64,000 bases of DNA, taken from contig CAWJGT010000007.1 of NCBI GenBank assembly GCA_963842525.1, positions 82,192 through 146,191 on the forward strand, in the 5' to 3' direction. The notes under the pieces were generated by a model. The model saw only the letters and a list, made by a program, of their open reading frames with translations, was not told the origin of the DNA and ran no database searches. Below, in pieces: positions 28,990-38,559 of the stretch. Position 1 is the first letter of the stretch. Each line of letters opens with the position of its first letter. This DNA is from an uncultured Holophagales bacterium. Lineage in GTDB: Bacteria > Acidobacteriota > Thermoanaerobaculia > Multivoradales > UBA5704. Position numbers and translations under genes: made by a program.

Positions 28990-30096
28990 TCAGAACGTGA
29001 AGATGGAGGCCAGGGCGAAGAGAAGCTGGTCCTTCTCGGCGGTCCCCTCCGTCTCGCCCGTGAAGATCCGCGCGCTGGAACGGTCGTAGCGGCCTTCCAG
29101 CTTGAGGATGACCCTCTCGTGCGGCCTGTGCTCGAAGGTCAGGGTCCCCTCCTCGATGTCCTGGGACAGGCCCGAGATCCAGTCGTCGGGATCGGCGAAC
29201 CGCTCCGCGCGCAGCGCCACGGCCCAGGTGGGCGCGAGCTGATAGCGCAGGAAGCCGGCGATGGACGTCCATTCCGCGGTGTCGCTCCCCGGCAGCTCCT
29301 GCCGGCCGACGTAACCTTCGAAGGCCAGATCCAGCGCGTCGGAGACCTTGGCGGTGGCGACCAGGTCGAGCAGCATACGCTGGCGGCTGTCGTCGTTCTG
29401 CAGCTCCGGTCCCCTCCAGCCATTCAGGGCCACTGACGCTCGCGGCGAGGCCCAGGCCAGACGCGCACCCAGGCTCTTGGCGTCGTTGTTCTCGCCGATG
29501 ATCTGCCAGCCGTTCAGGACGTGCAGCTCGCCCGACCAGTGATCCGAGAACGTGTAGGCGGCCTTGATGCCCGTCTGGTAGTAGGGGGTGAAGTTGCCCG
29601 CCCAGGAGCCGGTGTAGCTCCAGGTGTCGCGGGTCAGGGCGCTCTCGAAGCCGATGTGGCTCGGGAAGATCCCCGCCTCGACCAGCAGGCGCTCCGACGG
29701 CGCATAGCTCACCGAAGCCCGGTAGATGTTGCGCAGCTCGTCGCGGCCGATCATCTCGCCCTCGGGCTCACCCGCGTGCAGGATCTCGATCGCATTGCCG
29801 GCCCCGGCGATCAGGTGGAAACCAACCGGCTCCGGAGCGCGGCGGATCTCTACCGCGGCCCAGTTGAGGGCGAATTCCTCGGAGCGCTTGGCCGCCACGC
29901 CCGCGCCCGGGAAGAAGTTCGCATGGCCGGCCGGGTGGTTGGTATTGTAGCTGTAGTAGAGGTCGACGAAGCCGCCGATCTCCCAGTCCTTCTCTTCCTC
30001 TTTTTCGTCAGCCGCCATTGCGGGCTCCTGCGCCGCGAGCGGCAAACCCAGGAACGCCGCCAGAATCAGCGGCGCCAGAAAAACCTTGTCGTTCAT
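28990..30096 (-). CDS. Outer-membrane beta-barrel porin (kdp-associated)
   Basis: Signal peptide, GFVDLYYSYN, SHIGFES, PYYQTG, C-terminal Phe. Confidence 0.75.
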   Translation of the reverse strand: MNDKVFLAPLILAAFLGLPLAAQEPAMAADEKEEEKDWEIGGFVDLYYSYNTNHPAGHANFFPGAGVAAKRSEEFALNWAAVEIRRAPEPVGFHLIAGAGNAIEILHAGEPEGEMIGRDELRNIYRASVSYAPSERLLVEAGIFPSHIGFESALTRDTWSYTGSWAGNFTPYYQTGIKAAYTFSDHWSGELHVLNGWQIIGENNDAKSLGARLAWASPRASVALNGWRGPELQNDDSRQRMLLDLVATAKVSDALDLAFEGYVGRQELPGSDTAEWTSIAGFLRYQLAPTWAVALRAERFADPDDWISGLSQDIEEGTLTFEHRPHERVILKLEGRYDRSSARIFTGETEGTAEKDQLLFALASIFTF

Positions 30097-31899
30097 ACCT
30101 GTCCTTTCGCAGCCGCGGGCAGCGTGAACCAGAAGGTCGTGCCGCGGCCCTCTTTGCTTTCACAATGGATCTCCCCGCCGTGGGCCTGGACGATCTCGCG
30201 CGCGATGGCGAGGCCGAGGCCCACGCCGCCCAGGTCCTGGGTTCCGGGGACTTGATAGAAGGGCTCGAAGATCCGCTCGATGTGCGCCGGCGGGATGCCA
30301 TTGCCGGTATCGGAGACGGTGAACCGGGTCCGGCCGTCCAGAGGCTCGGCCTTCACGGTCACCGCGCCGCCGCCCGGCGTATGGGCGAGCGCGTTGCGGA
30401 GCAGGGACGAGAGCACCAGCCCGGTCCGCTCCCGGTCGGCGAGGACGGGCGGCGCGTCGGGGTCGATCTCCGACACGAGCTTCACCTGCTCCCCCTGGTA
30501 GCACGCCGCGACGTTGCGCACCGCGGCGTCGACCAGGTCGGCGGGCGGGATCGGCTCGGGATGGAGCTGCTGGCGGCTCTCCTCCAGGCGCGACATGGCG
30601 CGCAGGTTCTCGGCGATCTGCTCCAGGCGCTCCAATCCTTCTTGTGCGCGCGGCTCGCGGGCGGAACGCAGAGGAGCAAGCGCTTCCTCCAGATCGCGGG
30701 CCGCGTTGGCCAGGAGGCCGGTATGCACCTCGATCCCCCGGCGCCGGTCGGTCACGTCCTCCAGGATCAGGACGAGCCCCTCCGGACGGCCGTTGCTGTC
30801 GTGCAGGACGGAGGCACGCGGTACGAACAGCCGCTCGCGGCCCTCCACAGAGAGCCGGACCTCCTGCGGGGCGTGGCGTTCGGGCACGCGCCCGGCCTCG
30901 ACCCGGTCGAGCAGGGGCGGCAGCCACGCGCGGTGCTGCTCCGACAGGGGCCCACCCGGCCGCAGCCCCAGCAGGTCTGCAGCCGCGCGGTTGGCCACCT
31001 CCACCCGGCGGTCCGGGGAAATTACGGCCACCGCTTCGGGCAGATCGTCGATCGCGAGCTGCGAGATGCGCTGTGCGCGCAGCAGCCGCGCCTGATCGGT
31101 TTCCCGCAGGTCCCGAAGGCCGCCGGCCATCGAGTTGAACGCGGCAGCGAGCTGCCCGAGCTCATCCCGCGAGGTGACCGGCACGGTCAGGTCGAGGTTT
31201 CCGCCCTCCATCTCGCCGGCGGCCCGCGTCAGGCGCTGCAGCGGTCCCAGAGTGGCGCGGGAAAGGAAGGCCACGCAGATGCCGGCGAATGCCGTCCCCA
31301 GGAGGAGCATCAGCGCCATGCGGCGGTTGGCGTCCTCCGCCAGCTCGCGCGCCCGGTCCTTCGCCTGCACCATGTTTTCCTGGTTGATGTCCGTGATCTC
31401 GTTGGCCGTCCGCTTGATCTGCTGGAAGGTCGGCAGGAGTTTCTGGAAATAGAGAGACCGCCGCTCCTCGACAGGAACGGCGGGATCGAGGACCCGCTGC
31501 AGGACCGGGACATAGGCCGTGTAGAGCTGGCGCAGGCTCTCGGCCCGCTCCCCTTCGCCAGGCAGGGTGATGTTGCCGAGCTCGGTCTTCAGGGCCTCTT
31601 CGAACCGCGGCCGGTTCTGCGCGGCGAGGGTGCGCCCCTGCTCGGCGTGGCCAGCCAGAGCGAAGAGGGCGCCGCTGTCCATCCGTTCCAGAGCCTCCTT
31701 CATCCGCTCCGAGGCGATGACGCTCACATAGTTCTCGCGCAGGATGACGTCGATCGAGCGGCCGAGATCGGTGAGCAGCGAGATGCTTTCGACGCCGACC
31801 GCAATCAGGATCGCCAGCAGGCCGACGAAGCCGAGGGTGAGCTTGGTGCGTAGCCCGAGGCCGTCCCGGGCGTCTGGGTGCTGGATTGCCGTTATTCAT
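30093..31899 (-). CDS. Periplasmic helical bundle-HAMP-PAS-HATPase sensor with a degenerate H-box; indel near the start
   Basis: SRDELGQLAAAFNSM (HAMP), LLRNALAHT, VSDTGNGIP, GLGLAIAREIV; H-box position reads NAARDLEEAL. Confidence 0.8.
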
Positions 31900-31940
31900 G
31901 GGCCATGACCTCCACAGAGGCCAGTCTCGCGCCGGCGGCG

Positions 31941-31978
31941 CAAAGAAGTCCGGAAGGGGAGCGAAAGAGTGTCTAAAG
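31941..31978 (-). promoter_or_regulatory. Putative KdpE operator upstream of the sensor-porin-kdpFABCD operon
   Basis: Minus strand CTTTAGACACT|CTTTCGCTCCC|CTTCCGGACTT|CTTTG, 11-bp period; matches 37831-37868. Confidence 0.65.
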
Positions 31979-31992
31979 ATTCGGGGTGAGGG

Positions 31993-32685
31993 CTATTCCG
32001 GCTCGGCCAGGAATCGGTAGCCCACCCACGGCTCGGTTCCGATGTAGCGGGGATCGGAGGGGTCGGGCTCGATCTTGCGGCGCAGCGAGCCGACATGGAC
32101 GCGCACCGTGTCGGTGGTGGTGGCCGGAGCGCCGCGCCAGACCGTGCCGATGATCTGGCGCAGCGTGACCGGCTTGCCCGCATGGCCCGCCAGCAGCTCC
32201 AGGATCGACATTTCAGTCGGCGTAAGGTGGATCTCCCGCCCTCCCTGGATCACCGTGCGCCGCCCGCGGTCGATCTCGAGGTCCGGGAAGCGGAGCACCT
32301 CGCCCGTGGCCGCGCCGCTGCGGCGGAGCTGCGAGCGCACCCGGGCCAGCAGCTCGCGCATCGAGAACGGCTTGCTTACGTAGTCGTCCGCCCCCAGGTC
32401 CAGGGCGCGCACCTTGTCCTCCTCTTCGCCGCGCACCGAGAGGACGAGGACCGGCGTGCGGTCGCTGCGGCGCACCGCGGCGATGACCGACATCCCGTCG
32501 GCGCGCGGCATCGCGAGGTCGGTGATCACCAGGTCGGGCTGATGCCGCTCGAACAGCTCCTTGCCTTCCAGGCCGTCGGCCGCGGCGATCGTCTCGTAGC
32601 CGGCGAGGGAGAGCTCGCGGCTCAGGAGCTCACGGATCGCCGGATCGTCGTCGATCACCAGCAGCAGGGGCGTGGTACGGCTCAT
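31993..32685 (-). CDS. kdpE: OmpR-family response regulator, KdpE-like
   Basis: LVIDDD, DLVITDLAMP, ALDLGADDYVSKPF, LRRKIEPDPSDPRYIGTEPWVGYRF. Confidence 0.85.
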   Translation of the reverse strand: MSRTTPLLLVIDDDPAIRELLSRELSLAGYETIAAADGLEGKELFERHQPDLVITDLAMPRADGMSVIAAVRRSDRTPVLVLSVRGEEEDKVRALDLGADDYVSKPFSMRELLARVRSQLRRSGAATGEVLRFPDLEIDRGRRTVIQGGREIHLTPTEMSILELLAGHAGKPVTLRQIIGTVWRGAPATTTDTVRVHVGSLRRKIEPDPSDPRYIGTEPWVGYRFLAEPE

Positions 32686-32873
32686 CGGGGCTTGTCGGAT
32701 TTTTCCTGCACCCCGGATTCCCGCAGATCCGAGGAGTGCCGCAGGAATCTCTCGGGATGGAGCTTTTCGAGCTCGCGATAGTGATCTAGCAGTGCCTGGG
32801 TGTCGTGTCCGAACTCCTCTGAGATTCTATGGCGTACGGCACGGATCTCATCGATTGGGGGATCGGGTCTCAT
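32682..32873 (-). CDS. Small antitoxin-like protein
   Basis: DPPIDEIRAVRHRISEEFGHD; overlaps the PIN gene stop and the kdpE start. Confidence 0.65.
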   Translation of the reverse strand: MRPDPPIDEIRAVRHRISEEFGHDTQALLDHYRELEKLHPERFLRHSSDLRESGVQEKSDKPR

Positions 32874-33385
32874 GATGCATCTCCTTCCCAATTCATCAGC
32901 TCCACGGGAGTCGTCAGTGCGGGGACGAACAGTCCCAAAAGCGTGTTCACGTGTCGGATGTGCTCGAACTTGTTTGCGTTGGCCAGATGAGCGCAGTTCC
33001 AGGTCAGAAGGAAACGGCAATGGTGATAGGAGGCCAGCGCCAGGTGGATGGCATCGCCTCGCGGATCGCGCGGCATGACGTGGCGCTGCACGTAGGCATC
33101 CACAATGCCGTAGACCTCGTCCTCGATCGGCAAGAGCGGGAGATCGGTCAGGAGCGCCAGCGCCTGTTGCTTGTGCGGGTGATCCCCTCTCTGAAGCTCC
33201 TCGATGACAGGAAGGCTCGTCACCAGCTCATAGTGGAAACGTTGCTCGGTCCACCAAGCGACGGTCCAGTTCCGCCGGGCCACCATGTCCGGATCGCTTC
33301 GAGTCTCGAAGAAAAAACTCGGGATGGTCGTCTCAATGTAAACGCGTGGGCGCATCTCGGTTCTCTTGAAGTTGATTTTCTCCAT
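32870..33385 (-). CDS. PIN-domain (VapC-like) protein
   Basis: RVYIETTIPS, DAIHLALAS, LLTWNCAHLAN. Confidence 0.85.
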   Translation of the reverse strand: MEKINFKRTEMRPRVYIETTIPSFFFETRSDPDMVARRNWTVAWWTEQRFHYELVTSLPVIEELQRGDHPHKQQALALLTDLPLLPIEDEVYGIVDAYVQRHVMPRDPRGDAIHLALASYHHCRFLLTWNCAHLANANKFEHIRHVNTLLGLFVPALTTPVELMNWEGDAS

Positions 33386-33467
33386 CTAAGCCTCGCCGAC
33401 TTGCCCGGCGATTTTCAGCACGGCTATTCTAGACGGCCAAGGCTCGAAGCCGCACCTGTGCGGCTCA

Positions 33468-34934
33468 TCAGGGTTCCTCCTCAAGAGCGGGCTCCGGGAC
33501 CGCCGGCAAGGTGAGGCGCGCGACAGTGCCGCCGCCGGGACGTTCGGTCAGCTCCAGAGAGCCGCCGCAGGCCTCGGCGAAGCTGTGGGCGATCCGCAGG
33601 CCCAGGCCGCCCGAGGCGCTGTCGCGCTCCGCCATCCCGGGCCCCCGGTCGAGCACCTCCAGACGGATCCTGCCAGCATCGTGCGGATCGCGGGTGGCGG
33701 CGAGCTCGATCGGACGGTCCGCAGGCGCCGCCCGGGCGGCATTCTCCAGCAGGTTCACCAGGATTTCGACCGTCAGGGACGGGTCGGCCCAGACCTCCGG
33801 GCAGTCCGGCGTCACCCGCGCCCCGACCTCCCGGCCGGAGAGGATCGGCGATAGGCTCTCTCGCACGGACCGGAACAGGCTGCCCACCGGCGTCGGCTCC
33901 GGATGAGGTCGCGCGAGCCCGGCCTCCAGCCGGGCCGCCGCCAGCAGGTTGTCGATCCGGCGGGTCAGACGGGAGTGCTCGACCGCGAGAGTACGCAGGC
34001 TGGGGAGTGCCTGCGGCGCCTGTGCGAGCGCGCGTTCGAGGCTTTCGATCTCAAGTCGCATCGAGGTCAGCGGCGTGCGCAGGTCGTGCGAGACGGCGCG
34101 CAGCAGCGACGTCTTGAGCGCCTCGCTCTCCCGCACGGCCTGCAGATGCGCCGATTCGGCCAGCAGCCGTTCGCGTTCGATGGCAAGGGCGAGGAGCCGC
34201 GCCGCGGGATCGAGGATGGCGCGCGGCGCCGCGGTGCCTCGCGCCGCCAGGACGCCGTAGAAGCGCCCGCCGACCTGGAGCGGGAGGTAGACGGTGTGGG
34301 CTCCCGCCTCGTCCATCGTCTGAGAAGTCTCCGTCGTCTCCCAGGCCCGCGCCAGGGCCTCGTCGTCCACGGGAAAGCTCTCCTCGCCGGCGGCGCTCGC
34401 CAGGACCTTTTGCCCGCCGGGGCCGGCGAGGAACAGCCGGCCGGCGCGGGCGCCGATCCCCTGGAGGACGCGGACCGTGACATCGCCCAGGGCTCCCGCT
34501 TTCTGGCTCGCCGCGAACAGGCTGAAGCAGAGCTCGTAGAGCGTTTCCACTTCCTGCTGCCGCCGCTGCGCCTCCTCGGCCCGCTGCCGGGCCGTGGCCA
34601 CCAGCCGGCTGACGAGCGTCGAGGCGGCGAGGAAGCAGACGAGCGCCATCCAGTTGGAAGGCTCCGCGACGAGGAAGGTATGGTGGGGGGGCAGGAAGAA
34701 GAAGTTGAAGCACAGCATCGCCAGGACCGACGACGCCGCCCCGACCGCCCAGCCGCCCCAGGTGGCGAGCCCCAGCACGGCGACCAGATAGAGAAACCCG
34801 ACCGTGGTCGAGTTCGTCCCGGCCGCCCGGCCGGCCCAGGTGACGAGCGCCAGCGCCACGGGCGCCACGGCCCAGGCAATGCGCCGGACCTTCAAGCTCT
34901 GGCGGCCAGCCGTGCGGACCGACTCGCTCTCCAT
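33468..34934 (-). CDS. KdpD-like histidine kinase (TM/DUF4118-GAF-HisKA-HATPase; no N-terminal KdpD/Usp domains)
   Basis: FNFFFLPP, AVSHDLRTPLT, NLLENA, DRGPG, GLGL. Confidence 0.85.
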   Translation of the reverse strand: MESESVRTAGRQSLKVRRIAWAVAPVALALVTWAGRAAGTNSTTVGFLYLVAVLGLATWGGWAVGAASSVLAMLCFNFFFLPPHHTFLVAEPSNWMALVCFLAASTLVSRLVATARQRAEEAQRRQQEVETLYELCFSLFAASQKAGALGDVTVRVLQGIGARAGRLFLAGPGGQKVLASAAGEESFPVDDEALARAWETTETSQTMDEAGAHTVYLPLQVGGRFYGVLAARGTAAPRAILDPAARLLALAIERERLLAESAHLQAVRESEALKTSLLRAVSHDLRTPLTSMRLEIESLERALAQAPQALPSLRTLAVEHSRLTRRIDNLLAAARLEAGLARPHPEPTPVGSLFRSVRESLSPILSGREVGARVTPDCPEVWADPSLTVEILVNLLENAARAAPADRPIELAATRDPHDAGRIRLEVLDRGPGMAERDSASGGLGLRIAHSFAEACGGSLELTERPGGGTVARLTLPAVPEPALEEEP

Positions 34935-35043
34935 AAGGCGGAGTCTAGCAAGGATCAGCCTGGCTCCCTTGGGGAATGTGCTCGGCGCTCGCCGTCCTCT
35001 GATAGTCTAGGGCGCGTCTCGGAGCAACCGGGGGCTCTTCCAT

Positions 35044-35800
35044 ATGATAGCCAGAGTACGAGTCCGATACTTCAAACAGTTTTACGAAGAAGTCTTTGCT
35101 CTGTCCGACCATATCATTCTGGCGGGTCCCAACAACTCTGGAAAGACAACCTTGCTGCAAGCGATCGCTACATGGAACCTGGCCCTGCAGCGTTGGCGGG
35201 AGCGGAGGGGGCCGGAGAGCGGGTCGAAGGCGAAGCAGCGCACAGGGGTTCCCTTGACGCGCCAGGAGTTTACGGCCCTACCTTTGAGAGAAATGAGCCA
35301 CCTCTGGGCCGATACCCTGACAGGGTTACGGACGGACGAGCTGAAGCCAGGCCAGAAACTGGGGCAACCGCGAGCCCTGACCATTGGCATGGAAGGCACC
35401 ACGCAGCAAGGAGAATGGCGCCTCGCTTTCGAGCTTCGCTACCAGAGCAGCGAGCTCGTTTATGTCAAGCCGACCGCAGAGCATATCGATCAACTACCCC
35501 AGGCGGCTCAGGACGTCTCCGTGGTACATATTCCTCCGTTTTCGGGCATCGGGCCCGAAGAGACACGCTACGACAGGCCCTATCAGGATCTGCTCATTGG
35601 ACAGGGCAAGGCCGGCGACATCTTGCGCAATCTGCTGTTGGAGGTCTACGACCGGGAGGACAAATCAGACTGGAGCGCCCTCTGCTCCCAGATCGAGCAG
35701 ATCTTCGGATATCGACTCCTCCCACCTAAGTATGTGGGGGCACCCTTCATCATCTGCGAATACTTGCGAGGGATCCCTAGAGACAAGGGTAAAAACGGGC
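35044..35800 (+). pseudogene. AAA/ABC-type ATPase (OLD/AbiEii-like), truncated before Walker B
   Basis: YFKQF, LAGPNNSGKTTLLQAI; homology is lost after KGKNG at a motif resembling the IS66 end. Confidence 0.7.
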
Positions 35801-35881
35801 ATATCGGTTTACCGGGACGAGATCAAAATTTGAGGCTTCACTGTCAAAGAAGATTCCTAATCTGGATGTGTTTGATTAGGA

Positions 35882-37768
35882 TCACAGCCGCACCTGCATC
35901 CCCAGCTCGACGACCCGGTTCGGCGGGATGCGGAAGAAGTCCGTCGGACGCAGGGCGTTCTGCGAAAGGAAGGCGAAGAGCTTTTCGCGCCAGAAGGCCA
36001 TGCCCGGCTCCTGGCTCGGGATCAGGTTCTCACGGCTCAGGAAAAACGAGGTTTTCATCAGGTCGAGGTCGAGCCCCTGGGCACGAGCCGCTGCGAGCAC
36101 GTCGGGGATCTCCGGGTTCTGCATGAAGCCGTAACGGGCGATCATCCGGAAGAACCCCTTGCCAAGATCCTGGACCTCCACCCGCTCCTCTGGCGGCACC
36201 TCGGGGATCTCTTCCGACAGCACCGTCAGCAGGATGACCCTGTCGTGCAGAACCATGTTGTGCTTGAGGTTGTGGAGCAGCGCCGCGGGTGTCGCCGCGG
36301 GGTCGCGCGACATGAAGACCGCCGTGCTCGGCACCCGCCGGACCAGCTCCGGGCTGAACGTGGCGATGAAGCTCTCGAACGGCAGCGCGCCCGCCTGCAG
36401 CCGGTCGTTCAGGATGCTGCGGCCACGCTTCCAGGTCGTCATCAGCACGAAGACCACGGCGCCTACCACGAGAGGGAACCAGCCGCCGTCCGGGATCTTC
36501 ACGAAGTTGGCGCCGAAGAAGGCCAGGTCTGCGACCAGAAACGCTCCCGTGACGAGGGCCGACTGCCAGAGGCGCCAGCCCCAGACGCGCCGCGTCACGA
36601 CATAGGCCAGCAGGGTGGTGATCACCATTGTCATGGTCACGGCGACGCCGTACGCGGCGGCCAGGTTCGTCGACCGCTGGAACCCGAGGACGAGCCCGAT
36701 CGTGGCGACCATGAGCAGCCAGTTGACGGCCGGCAGATAGATCTGCCCGATCTCGACCGCCGAGGTGTGGACGATCTCCATACGCGGTAGATATCCGAGC
36801 TGAATGGCTTGGCGGGTGAGGGAGAACGCGCCGGAGATGATGGCCTGCGAGGCGATGATGGTCGCCAGGGTCGCCATCACGACGAGCGGATAGAGGGCCC
36901 AGGAGGGGGCGAGACGGTAGAACGGATTGAACGACGCTTCGGGGTCCTGGAGGAGCAGCGCGCCCTGGCCGAAATAGTTGAGGAGCAGGGCGGGTCCGAC
37001 CAGGCTGAACCAGTTGATCTGGATCGGCAGCTCGCCGAAATGCCCCATGTCGGCGTAGAGCGCCTCGCCGCCGGTCGCCACCAGGAAGACCGCCCCGAGG
37101 ACCAGGAAGCCGTGCAGCCGGTTGTGCAGGAAAAAGGTGACCGCATGGGCCGGGTTGACGGCCGCCAGCACGGAGGGCTCGCGCAGGATCCAGACCACGC
37201 CGAGCAGGGCGAGGAGCGCGAACCAGAGAAGCATGATCGGGCCGAAGACCGCGCCCACCCTTGCCGTGCCGTGGCGCTGGAGCAGGAAGAGACCGATCAG
37301 GATGACGATCGTGATGGGGACGACGTAGGGATCGAAGAGGGGCGTCGCGACGCTCAGACCTTCGACGGCGCTCAACACCGAGATCGCCGGGGTGATCATG
37401 CCGTCGCCATACAGCAGCGCCGCGCCGAACAGGCCCAGCACGATGAGAAGCCAATGCCGGCCACCGTCCCGCAGCCGGGGCGGGATCAGGGCCATGAGCG
37501 CGAGGATCCCTCCTTCTCCCCGGTTGTCGGCGCGCAGGACGTAGACTTGGTATTTGATGGTGACGACGATCAGGATCGTCCAGAAAATCAGCGACAGCAC
37601 CCCGAGCACGTTGGCGTGCGTCGGCTCGACGGAGTGGGTGCCATGGAAGCACTCCCGCAACGCATACAGCGGGCTGGTCCCGATGTCTCCATAGACGATA
37701 CCCAGGGCCGTCAGGGAGAGGACGAAAAGGTGGCGGGCGCCGAGCGGCGTCGAGGTCTTCCGGTGCAT
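35882..37768 (-). CDS. kup: KUP/HAK/KT potassium transporter
   Basis: LGIVYGDIGTSPLYA, TGGEALYADMGHF, LLHNLKHN, RVVELG. Confidence 0.96.
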   Translation of the reverse strand: MHRKTSTPLGARHLFVLSLTALGIVYGDIGTSPLYALRECFHGTHSVEPTHANVLGVLSLIFWTILIVVTIKYQVYVLRADNRGEGGILALMALIPPRLRDGGRHWLLIVLGLFGAALLYGDGMITPAISVLSAVEGLSVATPLFDPYVVPITIVILIGLFLLQRHGTARVGAVFGPIMLLWFALLALLGVVWILREPSVLAAVNPAHAVTFFLHNRLHGFLVLGAVFLVATGGEALYADMGHFGELPIQINWFSLVGPALLLNYFGQGALLLQDPEASFNPFYRLAPSWALYPLVVMATLATIIASQAIISGAFSLTRQAIQLGYLPRMEIVHTSAVEIGQIYLPAVNWLLMVATIGLVLGFQRSTNLAAAYGVAVTMTMVITTLLAYVVTRRVWGWRLWQSALVTGAFLVADLAFFGANFVKIPDGGWFPLVVGAVVFVLMTTWKRGRSILNDRLQAGALPFESFIATFSPELVRRVPSTAVFMSRDPAATPAALLHNLKHNMVLHDRVILLTVLSEEIPEVPPEERVEVQDLGKGFFRMIARYGFMQNPEIPDVLAAARAQGLDLDLMKTSFFLSRENLIPSQEPGMAFWREKLFAFLSQNALRPTDFFRIPPNRVVELGMQVRL

Positions 37769-37830
37769 GGAGCAGCTTCGTGGTGTCGCCGGCGTCACCC
37801 GGTCCACCACTGAGCTTCGCGGAGGACGGC

Positions 37831-37868
37831 CAAAGAAGTCCGGAAGAACCCCTAAAGAATTCCTAAAG
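37831..37868 (-). promoter_or_regulatory. Putative KdpE operator upstream of kup
   Basis: Minus strand CTTTAGGAATT|CTTTAGGGGTT|CTTCCGGACTT|CTTTG; 16 bp identical to 31941-31956. Confidence 0.65.
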
Positions 37869-38064
37869 GCGGTCGCGACGGGAAATCACCCACCCAGGAA
37901 GCTCTGAGGTATCTGTTTACCGAGGATCTTGAGCAGCGCGATCAGCACGCCGCCGGCCAGCCCATAGAGGATGATGCGTTTCACCGGCGGAGCATAGCGC
38001 GGTGGCTGGCGAGGGGGGCGAGGGCAGAGGAGTTGCCTCAGCCGGATCGATGGCCGCAAAAAAA

Positions 38065-38267
38065 GTCCTCACCCCCTGGCCCCCTCTCCCATCTCCCTTC
38101 CACCCCCGCCGGGAGAGGGGGGACGTCGCGGAGGCGTCCGTGGCGAGTCCGATGTCAGCAGGTTTCGAGGCAGGACTCCAACCTCGTCGCGGGTGCGCCA
38201 ACTGCGTTCCCCCTCTCCCGGGGAAGGGGCGGGCGGGAGATGGGAGAGGGGGCCAGGGGATGAGGAC
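38065..38267. repeat. REP-like inverted doublet, family A
   Basis: GTCCTCACCCCCTGGCCCCCTCTCCCATCTCCC ... GGGAGATGGGAGAGGGGGCCAGGGGATGAGGAC. Confidence 0.85.
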
Positions 38268-38318
38268 CCAAGCCGCCGCTACCCTTCACTCTCCAGTTTC
38301 CGCGTGATTTCCGCGGAT

Positions 38319-38498
38319 GCCCCCCGGCAGGTCGGCAAGACCACGACGTTCCGCGCGCTCGCCGAGTCGCTTCAGGCGGAGGGGCGTTACGCAGCGCTCC
38401 ATACCACCTGCGAGACCGCGCAGCAGGCGCCGTTCGGGCGGCAACATGTAGTGGTCGTGCGGATTGCAAGGACCAGCGGTGTTGAAGAACCTGGGCAT
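38319..38498. pseudogene. Rearranged P-loop ATPase remnant: two neighbouring pieces on opposite strands
   Basis: Minus: MPRFFNTAGPCNPHDHYMLPPERRL. Plus: APRQVGKTTTFRALAESLQAEGRYAALHTTCE. Confidence 0.7.
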
Positions 38499-38559
38499 GG
38501 TCGGGCCGGAGCGGAGGCGGCCGAACCAATCTACCATGGTCCGCTCGGGACTCCGGCTG

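Noticed and set aside
35801-36126. C-terminal part of the 360-aa ORF 35044-36126
   Set aside because: Read-through into unrelated DNA antisense to kup after the truncation point.
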